DNA of 63,848 bases, counting the filler, from Globobulimina sp. (taxonomy: Eukaryota): assembly GCA_003354225.1 (NCBI GenBank). It is 47 parts of 47 records of this genome, joined end to end, with 100 filler letters (N's around TTAATTAATTAA, not from the genome) between each part and the next. Parts side by side here need not be neighbours in the genome. Positions count along the whole stretch, not along the records: positions 24,511 to 25,771 come from PIVH01019908.1; positions 25,872 to 27,132 come from PIVH01019909.1; positions 27,233 to 28,493 come from PIVH01019910.1; positions 28,594 to 29,854 come from PIVH01019911.1; positions 29,955 to 31,215 come from PIVH01019912.1; positions 31,316 to 32,576 come from PIVH01019913.1; positions 32,677 to 33,937 come from PIVH01019914.1; positions 34,038 to 35,297 come from PIVH01019915.1; 39 more parts are not named here. One strand, given 5' to 3'. Positions 24,526 through 35,473 of this stretch are shown one piece after another. Both the position numbers and the translations under genes were made by a program. Under the pieces are notes generated by a model. It saw only the letters and a list, made by a program, of their open reading frames with translations. It did not search any database and was not told the DNA's origin. Positions within the stretch are counted from its first letter, which is position 1. Each line of letters opens with the position of its first letter.

Positions 24526-25771
24526 TCAGCCAGGGAGTAAGTCTGGCTCCATGCTCACCGATTGCTGGAACATCCCGGCGAGGTTGTTTATGGTATCAAA
24601 CGAGATACCGTTTGCAAAGTGGAATGATCTATATTTTGCATATTGCGTCGAGTTGTAATGTACATTCAGATAGTTGGAGTTATTGGGATGCATTCTTCCA
24701 ATCTCTGCTAGCTTATCTGCTACATTATTGAATGGTTGCTGCTTTGGTTTAGTATGTGATTTTACTTTCCAAAGTATACTTTCGCTTCTTTTTATATACT
24801 TTTGTGTGTTTCTAAATAGATTGGAATGAGCTAATTTATCTATTCTATGTGGGGTGGTGATTAATGGAACAAACTTATACAGTGAATCGGTGAATATTAT
24901 CTTTCTACGATTAGTTGTGTCAATATCACAATATTTAACAAGAAACTCTGATTTGTGTATTGCAAATAGCTCACCAAAGTGGTTGGTTTGGGCTCCTATT
25001 GGTTGCGAGAAACAATGGACAGTGTTGTGATCTAATATGAATATGCCAATGCCTGTGGTATTAGTCCTCGGCTCATGTGATGAATCTGTTGCAATTATAA
25101 GGTCATTGGTATTTAATCTGTGCTTATGGGCATTCCATTCATTTATATTTCGATTTCGTGTATGATATAATGGCATTTTGGAGGGCATGGTAATGTGTTT
25201 GTTTCTCATTCTCGTGAGATTCAATGTATTTTGATTCAGGCGGTCGATATTATATAACCATCGATGAGTCTGTGATATTAAATTGCGATACAGCGTGTAT
25301 TTATGGACATTTATGTTTATTATTCTGTGTTTATATAGGAATGAATTGGTATCAGTGTCATAAACATTTGCACCGCAAAGGATTTTCCAAAATTGGGACT
25401 TCTGGACATTGACATTGTGACATAACTCAATTAATCGTTGCATATATAATTGGTTATGGATTTTATTTATGGCAGAGCCATTTTTGGCGAACTCAAAGCT
25501 GGCATGATACCAATAGTCTCGTCTTAGGCCATTGAGCACAGGACACATGACAGCAAGATGCAGCTCTAATGGTTTGTCAATGCGGCTATGACACAAGTTG
25601 CAGTATCTATTATTTTGATCAAAGTTATAAAACAACTCACGATATTTTCCAATCATTGGTTCTTTGACGTATTCCGCCAATTCATTCATTTCATATATAT
25701 TCATCGGTCTGTAATCACTGGTTACGTGATTTAGTATGTTTAATGGGTGATATTTATTCAGTTTGCTGAGG
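24526..25771 (-). mobile_element. 3' end of a LINE ORF2: CCHC zinc knuckle followed by RNase H
   Basis: CNLC...HLAVMCP; ATDSS, TNHFGEL, FTDS, KVKSH, NNVADKLA; stop followed closely by ...ctactac at the contig end. Confidence 0.85.
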
Positions 25772-26179
25772 NNNNNNNNNNNNNNNNNNNNNNNNNNNNN
25801 NNNNNNNNNNNNNNNTTAATTAATTAANNNNNNNNNNNNNNNNNNNNNNNNNNNNNNNNNNNNNNNNNNNNATCAAAGTAAAATATATTGAGGTGTTATT
25901 AAAGACCATCGATAATTATAAACGAATGTGTAAGGAGAGAGATGATAAAATAGTGGAATTAAAAAGTAAAATAGATGAAAAAGATGATGATGAATTTACT
26001 AAATCTGAGGAGGACTTTTGGAATGATCTTGAATAGATTTGACATATTATATTTTATTTATTTAATATTGTGTTCGGGTTTTATGGATATTCGCATTTAT
26101 TGATGTTCATAATGCAGTCTTACTGCTGTCAGTCTTACTTGCTTCAGTCTTACTTGCTTTAAATCTTATTATTTAAACA

Positions 26180-26703
26180 ATGTCAAACAATCTTATCACG
26201 TATTCGATTTTTTTGAAGAAATACATTGAATATCACAAAGAAGAAACAAAACATCGGGCGAAAGTTGATAAAATATGGAAACGTTTACGCGAAAAACATG
26301 GTGTTATGGGATCAACATGGTTTCATCATAAAGGATCAAAAGATTTCCCTCAAGAATTCCACAAAGAGGCCCATGGTATGGTGGCAAGATGGAGATTGAA
26401 GCAAAGTGAGAGAGCAAACCAAGCGACGAGAATGTTTTTTGGGTTATATTCCAAAGCAAATAATAAAAGGGTTTGATATTTTGTATTATATTGATTTTTA
26501 TTTTTATTTTTGTTTTGTTTTATATTGAACAGAAACGAAAACGCGATGCCATCACTGATCCAGAAGCAAAAACATCGCCACATTTACAGAAACGTACGAA
26601 TAAAGGAACTGTGAGTATTGATTTGAAAGAGAGTGATGATGAGAGCGATATTATTGACATGATGGCTCAGATGAGCGAATTAATATTTTATTGCGCCAAA
26701 TGA
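26180..26703 (+). CDS. Unknown small protein, probably two exons
   Basis: ORF 26180..26476 plus an AT-rich GT..AG segment (~26472-26533) leading into KRKRDAIT... Confidence 0.35.
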
Positions 26704-27132
26704 GTGCAAGTGAACAGTATAAAAAATTGAAAATATTTTATGAGAATAAGGGATTTAATTTATTTGATCGATGGAGGGCTTGCGGAGAACGAGCAAATTT
26801 GCTCCGATTGGTATCAAATCCGTTATTTTATGAACTCATTGAATCACTGAATGGATGTCATGTATCTGATGCTGTGTATTATGGTTTAATTATCGCATCA
26901 AAATTATTTATAAATTGCAAATTTGTAACATTATATCAATATATTTCATCGACAGACTATAAATATGTTGCTAGAGAGATATCATTCCATTTTTATTCAT
27001 TATCAAAATTAATCGGACAACAAACACCATCACTTATTATTGAATTAAATGAATATAATACGAAAAATGATTGCAAATACAATGCGTTATTGATTTTATT
27101 TGAATTTGTAAATGTTATTAAGATGACAAATA
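26700..27132 (+). CDS. Unknown protein, 3' partial
   Basis: Open frame from ATG 26700 to the contig end. Confidence 0.4.
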
Positions 27133-27273
27133 NNNNNNNNNNNNNNNNNNNNNNNNNNNNNNNNNNNNNNNNNNNNTTAATTAATTAANNNNNNNNNNNN
27201 NNNNNNNNNNNNNNNNNNNNNNNNNNNNNNNNGTATATATAAACGGCAGCAACACTCGCCACTGATTACCGAA

Positions 27274-28473
27274 CTACCTTAATGCATGTTTATTGTAAAC
27301 ATATGTCGAGATTCTGTTGTTTAAAGTCTGTGATCCATAGTCGGTCAAAGTGTATCTTTCTGAGCAGAAATCAATTCCTTTCAATATATATGGTTTATGA
27401 TTGGCTGCTAACTCATTATATGAATAATTAAGATATATTTTGTCTAATTCTAAAGGATTAATAAGATATTCTTTCAAACATTGTTGGAACTGTTCATAGG
27501 AACGATTTTGTAACAACACAGCCTCTGAAACATTAGCCATTGATTCATAAAATTTGGCAGCTTTGGCATAGTCATCGACCCATTGATCAGAACAAATTGG
27601 ATTCACATCTCGAAAGATAACACATTTTATATTTTTATTATCCAATGCTACATCGATAAATTCATCAAAATATGATTCTAAATTGATTAAGTTTTCCATT
27701 GTATGCTCTTCGTATTTTCTCCATGGATATAAATGTAAATGATGCAAACCGCCAAAATCGTGGAAAATAACATTTATTTTGGAAAAATCCATACTAGTTT
27801 TATTTAATGTTTGTGGATTCGGCAACAATTCATGCAATAAATATAAATTTTTATAGTCGAAATCGAAATTGCTCCGATAATTCAAATTTTGTGCTGGTCG
27901 CAATTCTCTTAAAACGAGACGTTTCTTCTGTCGCTCATCATATATGTTTCTGAACGCGTTTACATTGAAATTGTTGGGAATTGAGGACCGGTTATTGAAT
28001 GCATTTAAATATTTAACAAATGCCTGGGTTTGGTTGGATTGGTTGGAGCTGAGATACAAATCGTAATTATGAAGCTGTGTTATTATAAATTGGAAGGAAC
28101 ACTGCGGAATGGAATCGCCAATCATTAACATTGACGAATCTTCAAATGTATTGTTTAGAAACTGATGGGAAAATTTCTCAAACAAATAATCCCGATCTGT
28201 GCCAGTGATTGTTAATTGCTCATTAAATTCAGAATATTTTTGCTTTGACAATGTGGCGAAATATTGATCGATTATGAATTGATAGTGTTGAGGTTGCGCT
28301 GTTTGAGCGGGTATGTTAATAATAGAAAATGTGCTGATCAGCCAAGTGTAGGATTCGAAATACAAAATCTGGCAAACCATTGCGACCAAAACAAACCACA
28401 CGAAACATTTCAGCAGAACTGGAAGAGATTTCAAGTGGGTGTTTAATTTTGCCTGATTGCTGAACGTTGGCAT
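27274..28473 (-). CDS. Type II membrane SGNH-like (GDS motif) esterase/O-acetyltransferase
   Basis: N-terminal TM helix, MLMIGDS, FGGLHHLH, VIFRDVNP. Confidence 0.65.
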   Translation of the reverse strand: MPTFSNQAKLNTHLKSLPVLLKCFVWFVLVAMVCQILYFESYTWLISTFSIINIPAQTAQPQHYQFIIDQYFATLSKQKYSEFNEQLTITGTDRDYLFEKFSHQFLNNTFEDSSMLMIGDSIPQCSFQFIITQLHNYDLYLSSNQSNQTQAFVKYLNAFNNRSSIPNNFNVNAFRNIYDERQKKRLVLRELRPAQNLNYRSNFDFDYKNLYLLHELLPNPQTLNKTSMDFSKINVIFHDFGGLHHLHLYPWRKYEEHTMENLINLESYFDEFIDVALDNKNIKCVIFRDVNPICSDQWVDDYAKAAKFYESMANVSEAVLLQNRSYEQFQQCLKEYLINPLELDKIYLNYSYNELAANHKPYILKGIDFCSERYTLTDYGSQTLNNRISTYVYNKHALR

Positions 28474-28593
28474 TATTCTGACAAAACTCTTAANNNNNNN
28501 NNNNNNNNNNNNNNNNNNNNNNNNNNNNNNNNNNNNNTTAATTAATTAANNNNNNNNNNNNNNNNNNNNNNNNNNNNNNNNNNNNNNNNNNNN

Positions 28594-28717
28594 ATATTTT
28601 TATGGTCAACCCGACCCGACACCTTTATCATCCCGACCCGACCCGACAATTTAAAAACGTGACCCGAAACCCAACTCGAGTCGGGTCAGGCGGGTCGGGT
28701 CAGGATTTCCAACTCTG
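28594..28717. mobile_element. hAT-like transposon terminus
   Basis: Clustered ACCCG/CGGGT subterminal repeats ending ...ttccaactctg (TIR 5'-CAGAGTTGGAA). Confidence 0.6.
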
Positions 28718-28776
28718 CCCTCTACCCGATGTATATCTTACTTCGATCCATACACTGGAATATGCTTTGTTTTAGG

Positions 28777-29075
28777 TCGTTTCAATCTTGTCCCATGTTT
28801 AATGGATGTTGTAAGTTCCGACATGTCTCTTGGTGTCACCAACGATGTTGCAGAGGCGATAGCAAATCTCTTTCATTTGGTTGATGCGATGAGTCAAGAC
28901 ACCATGCAGTTATCTGATATCAACTGGGTTAAGGAAAGGACGACTGCTGTCTTCGCTCAATGTGTTCGACATTTGGACATACCCTTGTTCAGGCTTAGTT
29001 TCCATTTAATTTTTCATGTGGCCTCCGATTTGGACAAAGTTGGAAATCTTAAATCAGTATCTCAATTCAATCTTG
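28777..29075 (+). pseudogene. CACTA/EnSpm-like transposase C-terminal exon
   Basis: LFRLSFHLIFHVASDLDKVGNLKSVSQF resembles the H.L.H....I...G.L...s.F motif. Confidence 0.45.
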
Positions 29076-29966
29076 GTATGTTCACTCATTATTTACTATT
29101 CTCCATGTACTACATATGGTAACATAACCAATATAATATGGTAGCTATAGGTAGCAAGTGGTATTTTCTTCTTTCATGTTTTCAAACAAAAGAAGAGATG
29201 CACAAAATTCTCATTTCAGGAAGGGACAATTATTTTAATTTGGAGAGGGCTAAGTCAGTTAAGGGGGTAAACTAACAAAGTAAATTTATCCCACCAATAT
29301 GTAGGTCTGATTCAGACCGTCTGAAAGTATCATTTCATAAACATTCTTTATAACATTTACATTCAATATTATAGAAAACAAGTTGGGTTCTCTGTCAAGA
29401 TCGGTACATTGCCCTCCACAACCTGTTGTGTCACTGTTTAGCAGGATACAAAAGCTCGAATTTTTTGGCCATTTGATCGTTTCAAAATCCATTGATTTGT
29501 CTACAGTGCCCTTGAACGAATTTGAACCTATATGGTCTGCAATCAGGTATGAAAAATTCTAAACATCAACACAACACTCACAAATCAGTGATATGTTCCA
29601 ATCACCATATTGGTGAAATGTTCCAATCTCCAATTTGGTGATATGTAGTATATTCCTATGACATCATTCTCACTAAACGTTGGAACACTAATTTTTATGT
29701 GCCAGAGGCAATAATTTACAAAAAAACTCAAAAATCGAAACACATGTCACTAGCTAAAGTTTGTCTAAAAAAGGTTGGCCAAAAATTTTTTTTTAAAAAA
29801 AAAATGAACAAACCCTTGAAATTTATTTACCCAAACGTTACTTAGGACTTGGCANNNNNNNNNNNNNNNNNNNNNNNNNNNNNNNNNNNNNNNNNNNNTT
29901 AATTAATTAANNNNNNNNNNNNNNNNNNNNNNNNNNNNNNNNNNNNNNNNNNNNTTTCTTTTTTGG

Positions 29967-31148
29967 TTATAGCATTTTCACTTGCTTGACTATCTGCTCT
30001 ACGTCTTTGCAGTGATAATGTCTCTTTTTGTCCTTATATTTCTTACACGTTTGGCCCACTGAACACATTTCATTCGCCTGTACGACTTCGAACAAATTGC
30101 AATCGATATTTTCTTGCTTTACCTTCTGTGCTGGAAGCAAATGTTTGGATTCCGGCGCAATCTGCAACTTATTATTCTTTTTAGACAGTTTAATAATTGG
30201 TTTATGTGAACATTGTCGGCATTTCCATTTAGTTTTTTTATGACTGTTCATGTCATTCACTTTCGAAGCACAGGCAATGTGACAAACGTTGAAACATTTT
30301 TTCTTTTTCGGATTGTTATAATTCACACAGAAATTCACATCTTTTTTATGTGGATACATTTTGCTCGAACAGTAAACACACCGTCGACCAATATGTTTTG
30401 TGTCTGCACATCTTGGACAAAACCAATCTGTTTTGGGTATGCAGGTTAATGGAGGATCCAAACAATACAAATGTGCGCCATGCTTAGCAGCAACATCTTC
30501 GTTGTCACATAATAAGAAATGTTCTTCGTCGGTGATGCTGCCGCAACCCATACACTTTGGGTCGTCCTCAATTTTATCCAACGAAGTAGACGGTGTCGGA
30601 GTGGGCGTCGCTTCAATCTCACTCTCAATAATCGGTTTTAAGCTTTTTTTGTGGACATTATTACTCTCCGCAGCGGGAAGTTGCTCATCATCTGAAGTGG
30701 AGCTGTCTGTTTCCATCAACATTTGATGATCATTGGGGTCGTAATATTTCTTCCATAGTTTGATGAATGTCGCTGCTGAATATTGAATATGTCGATGTTG
30801 TGCACAAGCACTCCACACACTGCGTAAGGTCTGAAATTCGTCATTTTCCAGACCCAATTTCAATTTCTGCAGAAACATTATTGTTTTCATTTGCTTTATC
30901 AATATAATATATTGTTTTGTTGACGAAACTTGAATTTTTTTGATTGCTTTTTGTAATTTGTTGGTGTCGGTGATGGAGAGTTGGAGCATTTTTTTCAAAT
31001 CTTTGGCAGTTAATTCCCCCAAACATAAGCCATCGATGCCATTTTTTTCAAATATCTTTGTAACATTATGTAATTTGCATTTTTTTAACCATTTAGTGAC
31101 CCGTTGAATATCCCATGTTGCATATTCTTGTAAAGGTACCATACACAA
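29967..31148 (-). CDS. SAM domain + two PHD fingers + additional Cys/His finger
   Basis: WDIQRVTKWL...GIDGLCLGELT (SAM); CMGC...LLCD...HLYCLDPPL...WFCPRC; second PHD; probable in-frame 63-nt intron 30867..30929. Confidence 0.88.
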   Translation of the reverse strand: MCMVPLQEYATWDIQRVTKWLKKCKLHNVTKIFEKNGIDGLCLGELTAKDLKKMLQLSITDTNKLQKAIKKIQVSSTKQYIILIKQMKTIMFLQKLKLGLENDEFQTLRSVWSACAQHRHIQYSAATFIKLWKKYYDPNDHQMLMETDSSTSDDEQLPAAESNNVHKKSLKPIIESEIEATPTPTPSTSLDKIEDDPKCMGCGSITDEEHFLLCDNEDVAAKHGAHLYCLDPPLTCIPKTDWFCPRCADTKHIGRRCVYCSSKMYPHKKDVNFCVNYNNPKKKKCFNVCHIACASKVNDMNSHKKTKWKCRQCSHKPIIKLSKKNNKLQIAPESKHLLPAQKVKQENIDCNLFEVVQANEMCSVGQTCKKYKDKKRHYHCKDVEQIVKQVKML

Positions 31149-31536
31149 TGAAAAATTACATTGTTGATGGCAGGTTACATGACAATGAATGCCGCAAATT
31201 AAACAATATATTTGTNNNNNNNNNNNNNNNNNNNNNNNNNNNNNNNNNNNNNNNNNNNNTTAATTAATTAANNNNNNNNNNNNNNNNNNNNNNNNNNNNN
31301 NNNNNNNNNNNNNNNCTTCCTCTGTAAATGCTTTATGGTTAAGAGGGAAGGAAGAAGTTTTTCAAAGTCTGATAAAAGCAGCTAGCAGAAAAACCTTCTT
31401 CGCCTTGCCGCAATAACCTTGTAAATCTGCAAGTGTTCGATTGACTGCAATTATAGCTACTTCAAGGTTTCAAGGTTTTTGTGAATAAATAATTCAAATT
31501 AATAAATAAATAAATCATAAACAATAGATAAAAAGA

Positions 31537-31739
31537 GTTTGTTAACGTTCTTCACGTTTGCGGGTAATGTCGGTAGGATCCAAACCAAAGACTAGGATAT
31601 AATTATCAAAAGTTTATAATTACCGATTATTAATTTACCTAAACTTAGGATAAAAATATCAAAGTCTTCGACCACCGAAAGTGTTGGATCCTAACGGGAT
31701 CTAACAGTTACCCCAACGTGCCTTAGAAGATTAACAAAC
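31537..31739. other. Long imperfect stem-loop 3' of the tyrosine recombinase
   Basis: At least nine nested complementary blocks (see findings). Confidence 0.75.
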
Positions 31740-31772
31740 AAGTTTTTGAGTTTTTTAATTAAGTCAGTCTTT

Positions 31773-32576
31773 TTAACGTCGTATTTTATTGATGGTAGTG
31801 TTGGACATTTTTGCTAAGTCAGAGAAGTCCAAACGGATATATATCTTTTGCCAACAATCTGTCGACCAACGTCCCCATCGGGCAATTAAATAGTCTCTCA
31901 TATTAGAGCGAGCTAAGTCAGTGGCTCTCCCAATTCGTAGTGAGTGGCTTCGGTACGTGGACCCGTCTAGGCCTATTCTGTTGGCTAAGACTTCTAATGT
32001 ATTATTGATACAGTCAGCGGTCATAGCTACTTTGTGTGATTTTTCAAAAATCAAATCATTGCGCTTCAAGGCTCGTCCCTTTTGCCTAGCTTTAAGTTGG
32101 CATAATCTTTGTAATAAATGTGGTCCGCATGTTGCTTTACCATGGACTTTACATGTGCAATCTACAGGCAATGTCTCATTTTTCTCGCCATATTGGTTAC
32201 ATTTGGATTTTATAATTTTTATGGCGACAGAAATTAATTCTCCGTTTTTATCGAAAAACCATTGTAGGTGTTTAAAACGTAGGGGGATGTCGCCCAAAGC
32301 TATGGTGCTAGGGCTCGATGTATATTCGCCTACTCGACAGCCCCACCAATAACCGACTGCTAAACAAGATGCTAATGTGACAGATAAAAGTGTCTCGGTT
32401 TCTAATAAAATCTTGATAGCAAGTTTCATATGTTTTAGACACCATGGTTTTCTAGACCGCTTTAAGCTAGGTCTCCATTTTTTATAACCAAGTAATTTCC
32501 GTCGGATAGCTGGGTGATGCTTTCTGACGAAAGTCAATCCATTATCATTCCAATATTTGCATAGAGCTGTTAGGCA
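31773..32576 (-). mobile_element. Tyrosine recombinase of a DIRS/Ngaro-type retrotransposon, 5' partial
   Basis: GCRVGEY, KSKCNQ, SHSLRIGRAT, GRWSTD...YIR (R-K-H-R-W-Y catalytic set). Confidence 0.9.
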
Positions 32577-32892
32577 NNNNNNNNNNNNNNNNNNNNNNNN
32601 NNNNNNNNNNNNNNNNNNNNTTAATTAATTAANNNNNNNNNNNNNNNNNNNNNNNNNNNNNNNNNNNNNNNNNNNNAAGTAACGATGTAACTGATCCGAT
32701 TGCAAGGACTTTAAACAAACAACACAAGACACACAAATTAATTAAACACTGTATTACCGTTGCAATCAACAAAAAACATAATACTTAAACATTAAAAACA
32801 ATCGAAAAAAAAAGCGAGACAGACTAGTAATTATATTAAACAATGAAATAAACAAATATCTAAAAAAACAATTTTTGCAGTTTACATCTCTA

Positions 32893-33525
32893 TTAATTGA
32901 GAGGAATATGTAAAGACAAAGTCAACTGTCCGGTAACCGGATCAGTTCTAATGGAACAATACGAATTTGGCATATTTTGTAAGTTAAACGGTAACATATT
33001 TGGTGGCAACATAGTTGGTGAAAATCTTTGATTTGCGACAGAACCGCTCTGTCCCCGCGTAGCGCCATAACTGCCATTCACCGGTCCTTGTCCCGGCATG
33101 AACAAATTCAGCAAAGCACCATCAGGCGAATGCGGGGAATGAGGCGAACGGGGCGGTGTGTTGTTATTCGCTATCGTATTAATCATGGATTGTATATCGA
33201 CTCTGGGCGAAGGTAAACACAAATTAAAGCCGATACCGCCGGGTGTATTGCAATTTTTTGCAATGTTCATACTAGTCATATCCGCAATGTTTCCCGTATG
33301 TGCTATATGCGCCACATTCATATTCATGCTCATACCTACACTCGGCGGCAAATTAAAATTAAAATTCGGCGTCGACACCACCACCGGATTATGATTATTA
33401 TTTAAATTGCCATTCGACAACAAGCTCTGCGCCGCAATCGACGTCATATTGATGCCATTCATCTTCTTTATACATGCTAAGGATGCTATCGATGGCGGCA
33501 AACCTACGGAAAATAACAGAGTCAC
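32893..33525 (-). CDS. Unknown low-complexity (N/P/S/M-rich) terminal exon
   Basis: 210-aa ORF downstream of a probable intron. Confidence 0.5.
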   Translation of the reverse strand: MTLLFSVGLPPSIASLACIKKMNGINMTSIAAQSLLSNGNLNNNHNPVVVSTPNFNFNLPPSVGMSMNMNVAHIAHTGNIADMTSMNIAKNCNTPGGIGFNLCLPSPRVDIQSMINTIANNNTPPRSPHSPHSPDGALLNLFMPGQGPVNGSYGATRGQSGSVANQRFSPTMLPPNMLPFNLQNMPNSYCSIRTDPVTGQLTLSLHIPLN

Positions 33526-34037
33526 AATACAAAATACAACCTATATACACATATAACGCATATATAACACACGTAACATACACTGCGGTGTAGCAATATT
33601 AGTATTACATAACATCGGTTCGCTTTTGATCTCTGTAATATTGTAAACAAAACAAAACAAAAAAGTGTATGGAAAGCTGCAGTCAAAGTTGTCTTCACAC
33701 TTAACGTAATTCGGCATGCGTATAATGAGCATATAAGCGATGTTTTAAGATCTCCAACGAGTCCATGAAGGAGTTATTTACTTTCAAGCTGCGATCTTTG
33801 TCTTTGATATAATAAGATTGTCGTTGTTGTACATGCATCTGTATGCTGCTGCTGTGGCTGTTGGAGTTCGTGGAGGTGCTGTCATCGTCGCTGCAGCTGT
33901 TGGAGTCTATATTTTTGCCCGTCCAATGGATGCCGTTNNNNNNNNNNNNNNNNNNNNNNNNNNNNNNNNNNNNNNNNNNNNTTAATTAATTAANNNNNNN
34001 NNNNNNNNNNNNNNNNNNNNNNNNNNNNNNNNNNNNN

Positions 34038-35297
34038 TTAAGATGGGTCAAAATGAATAAAACTGGGACATTATTGAGAGCATTTTCTGAATTCATAATA
34101 AAGCCAATAAAAATATTGCACGATGCAATTATAAATGGTGCTGACAACGTATATGTCCCAATTGTACAGTCTCTGGGATTGGACATTTCCTGTCAAGAAT
34201 TAGATAATTTATCGGAGAAAAGTGATATTTTAAGATTGATAATGAATAAATGGTTACCACTCAGTAACGTGTTGTTAGATATGATGATACATTATTTACC
34301 TTCTCCTGTAACATCACAGTCCTACAAATGCGACAAACTATATTCTGGGTCAATATATGTACCAATATCTATCCGTTTAATCAAGCATGAAATTAAAACA
34401 TTTTTCGCAAATTATTGTCATGGAGCATTTGCATTTTGTCGCAATATTATTTATGAATATTTGTTTGATGCAACCTGTTCAACTGTCAAGGCGAAGGGAA
34501 ATGTTCCTTTAGCCATACAACAATGTAATCGCAACAGTCCTTCGTCGGTTATGTATATATCAAAGATGATTCCATCAACAAAAGGGAGATTTATTGCATT
34601 TGGAAGAGTGTTTAGTGGCACATTACAGACTGGCCAAGAAATACGTATCATGGGACCCGATTATCAGACGGGCCAAAAGAAAGATTTATTTATTAAAAAA
34701 GTTCAAAGAGTGGTTATAATGATGGGCAAATGTGTTGAGAGAGTCGAAGAGTGTCCCGCTGGTAACCTATGCGGCATAGTTGGCATTGATCCATTCATAG
34801 TGAAGAATGCAACAATTTCAAATAATGCACAAGTACTGCCATTTCGTGCCATACCACTGGGGATATCAGCTGTTGTTAAAATGGACATTGATGTAACAGA
34901 CCACAGCCAGTTAGCAAAGTTGGTTGAAGGATTGAAACGATTTGAAAAATCAGATGTGTTGATACGATGTACAACTAACAAAACAGGCAAACATGTAATA
35001 GCCGCTGCTGATTATACACATTTAAAAGTTTGCTTGAATGATCTGCGTCAAAACTATTTGGAAGATGTGCAATTATCTGTATCACAGCCAACAATATCTT
35101 ACCGTGAGACCATTGACTCGTTGACTGGAATGAATGCAATGTATCCAAAGGAATGTGTTGCTAAATCACCAAATAAACACAATAGATTGTATATGGATGC
35201 GGAGCCATTGGATGATCCATTCATTGAAGCGCTTGAAAGTGAGGAAGTTATTTTGCCGGTCAGATCATCACAAATGAAATTATTTAGTAGACGCTTA
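34038..35297 (+). CDS. Divergent elongation factor 2 (eEF2)-like protein, internal fragment
   Basis: KWLPL...LPSP, MYISKMIP, FIAFGRVFSG, LVEGLKR, SYRETI, KSPNKHNRLYM. Confidence 0.92.
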
Positions 35298-35473
35298 NNN
35301 NNNNNNNNNNNNNNNNNNNNNNNNNNNNNNNNNNNNNNNNNTTAATTAATTAANNNNNNNNNNNNNNNNNNNNNNNNNNNNNNNNNNNNNNNNNNNNAAA
35401 AAAAAAAGCATAAAAAGAAAATTAAAAAAAACACAAAAAAAACAAGTCATTGAGTCATTTATGATATCATTCT

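Noticed and set aside
29286-29492. Adenain/Ulp1-like protease (ILLNSDTTGCGG)
   Set aside because: The catalytic HW is missing; similarity too weak.
31365-31400. Hammerhead ribozyme core (ctgataa...gaaa)
   Set aside because: Lacks CUGAnGA and a convincing stem II.
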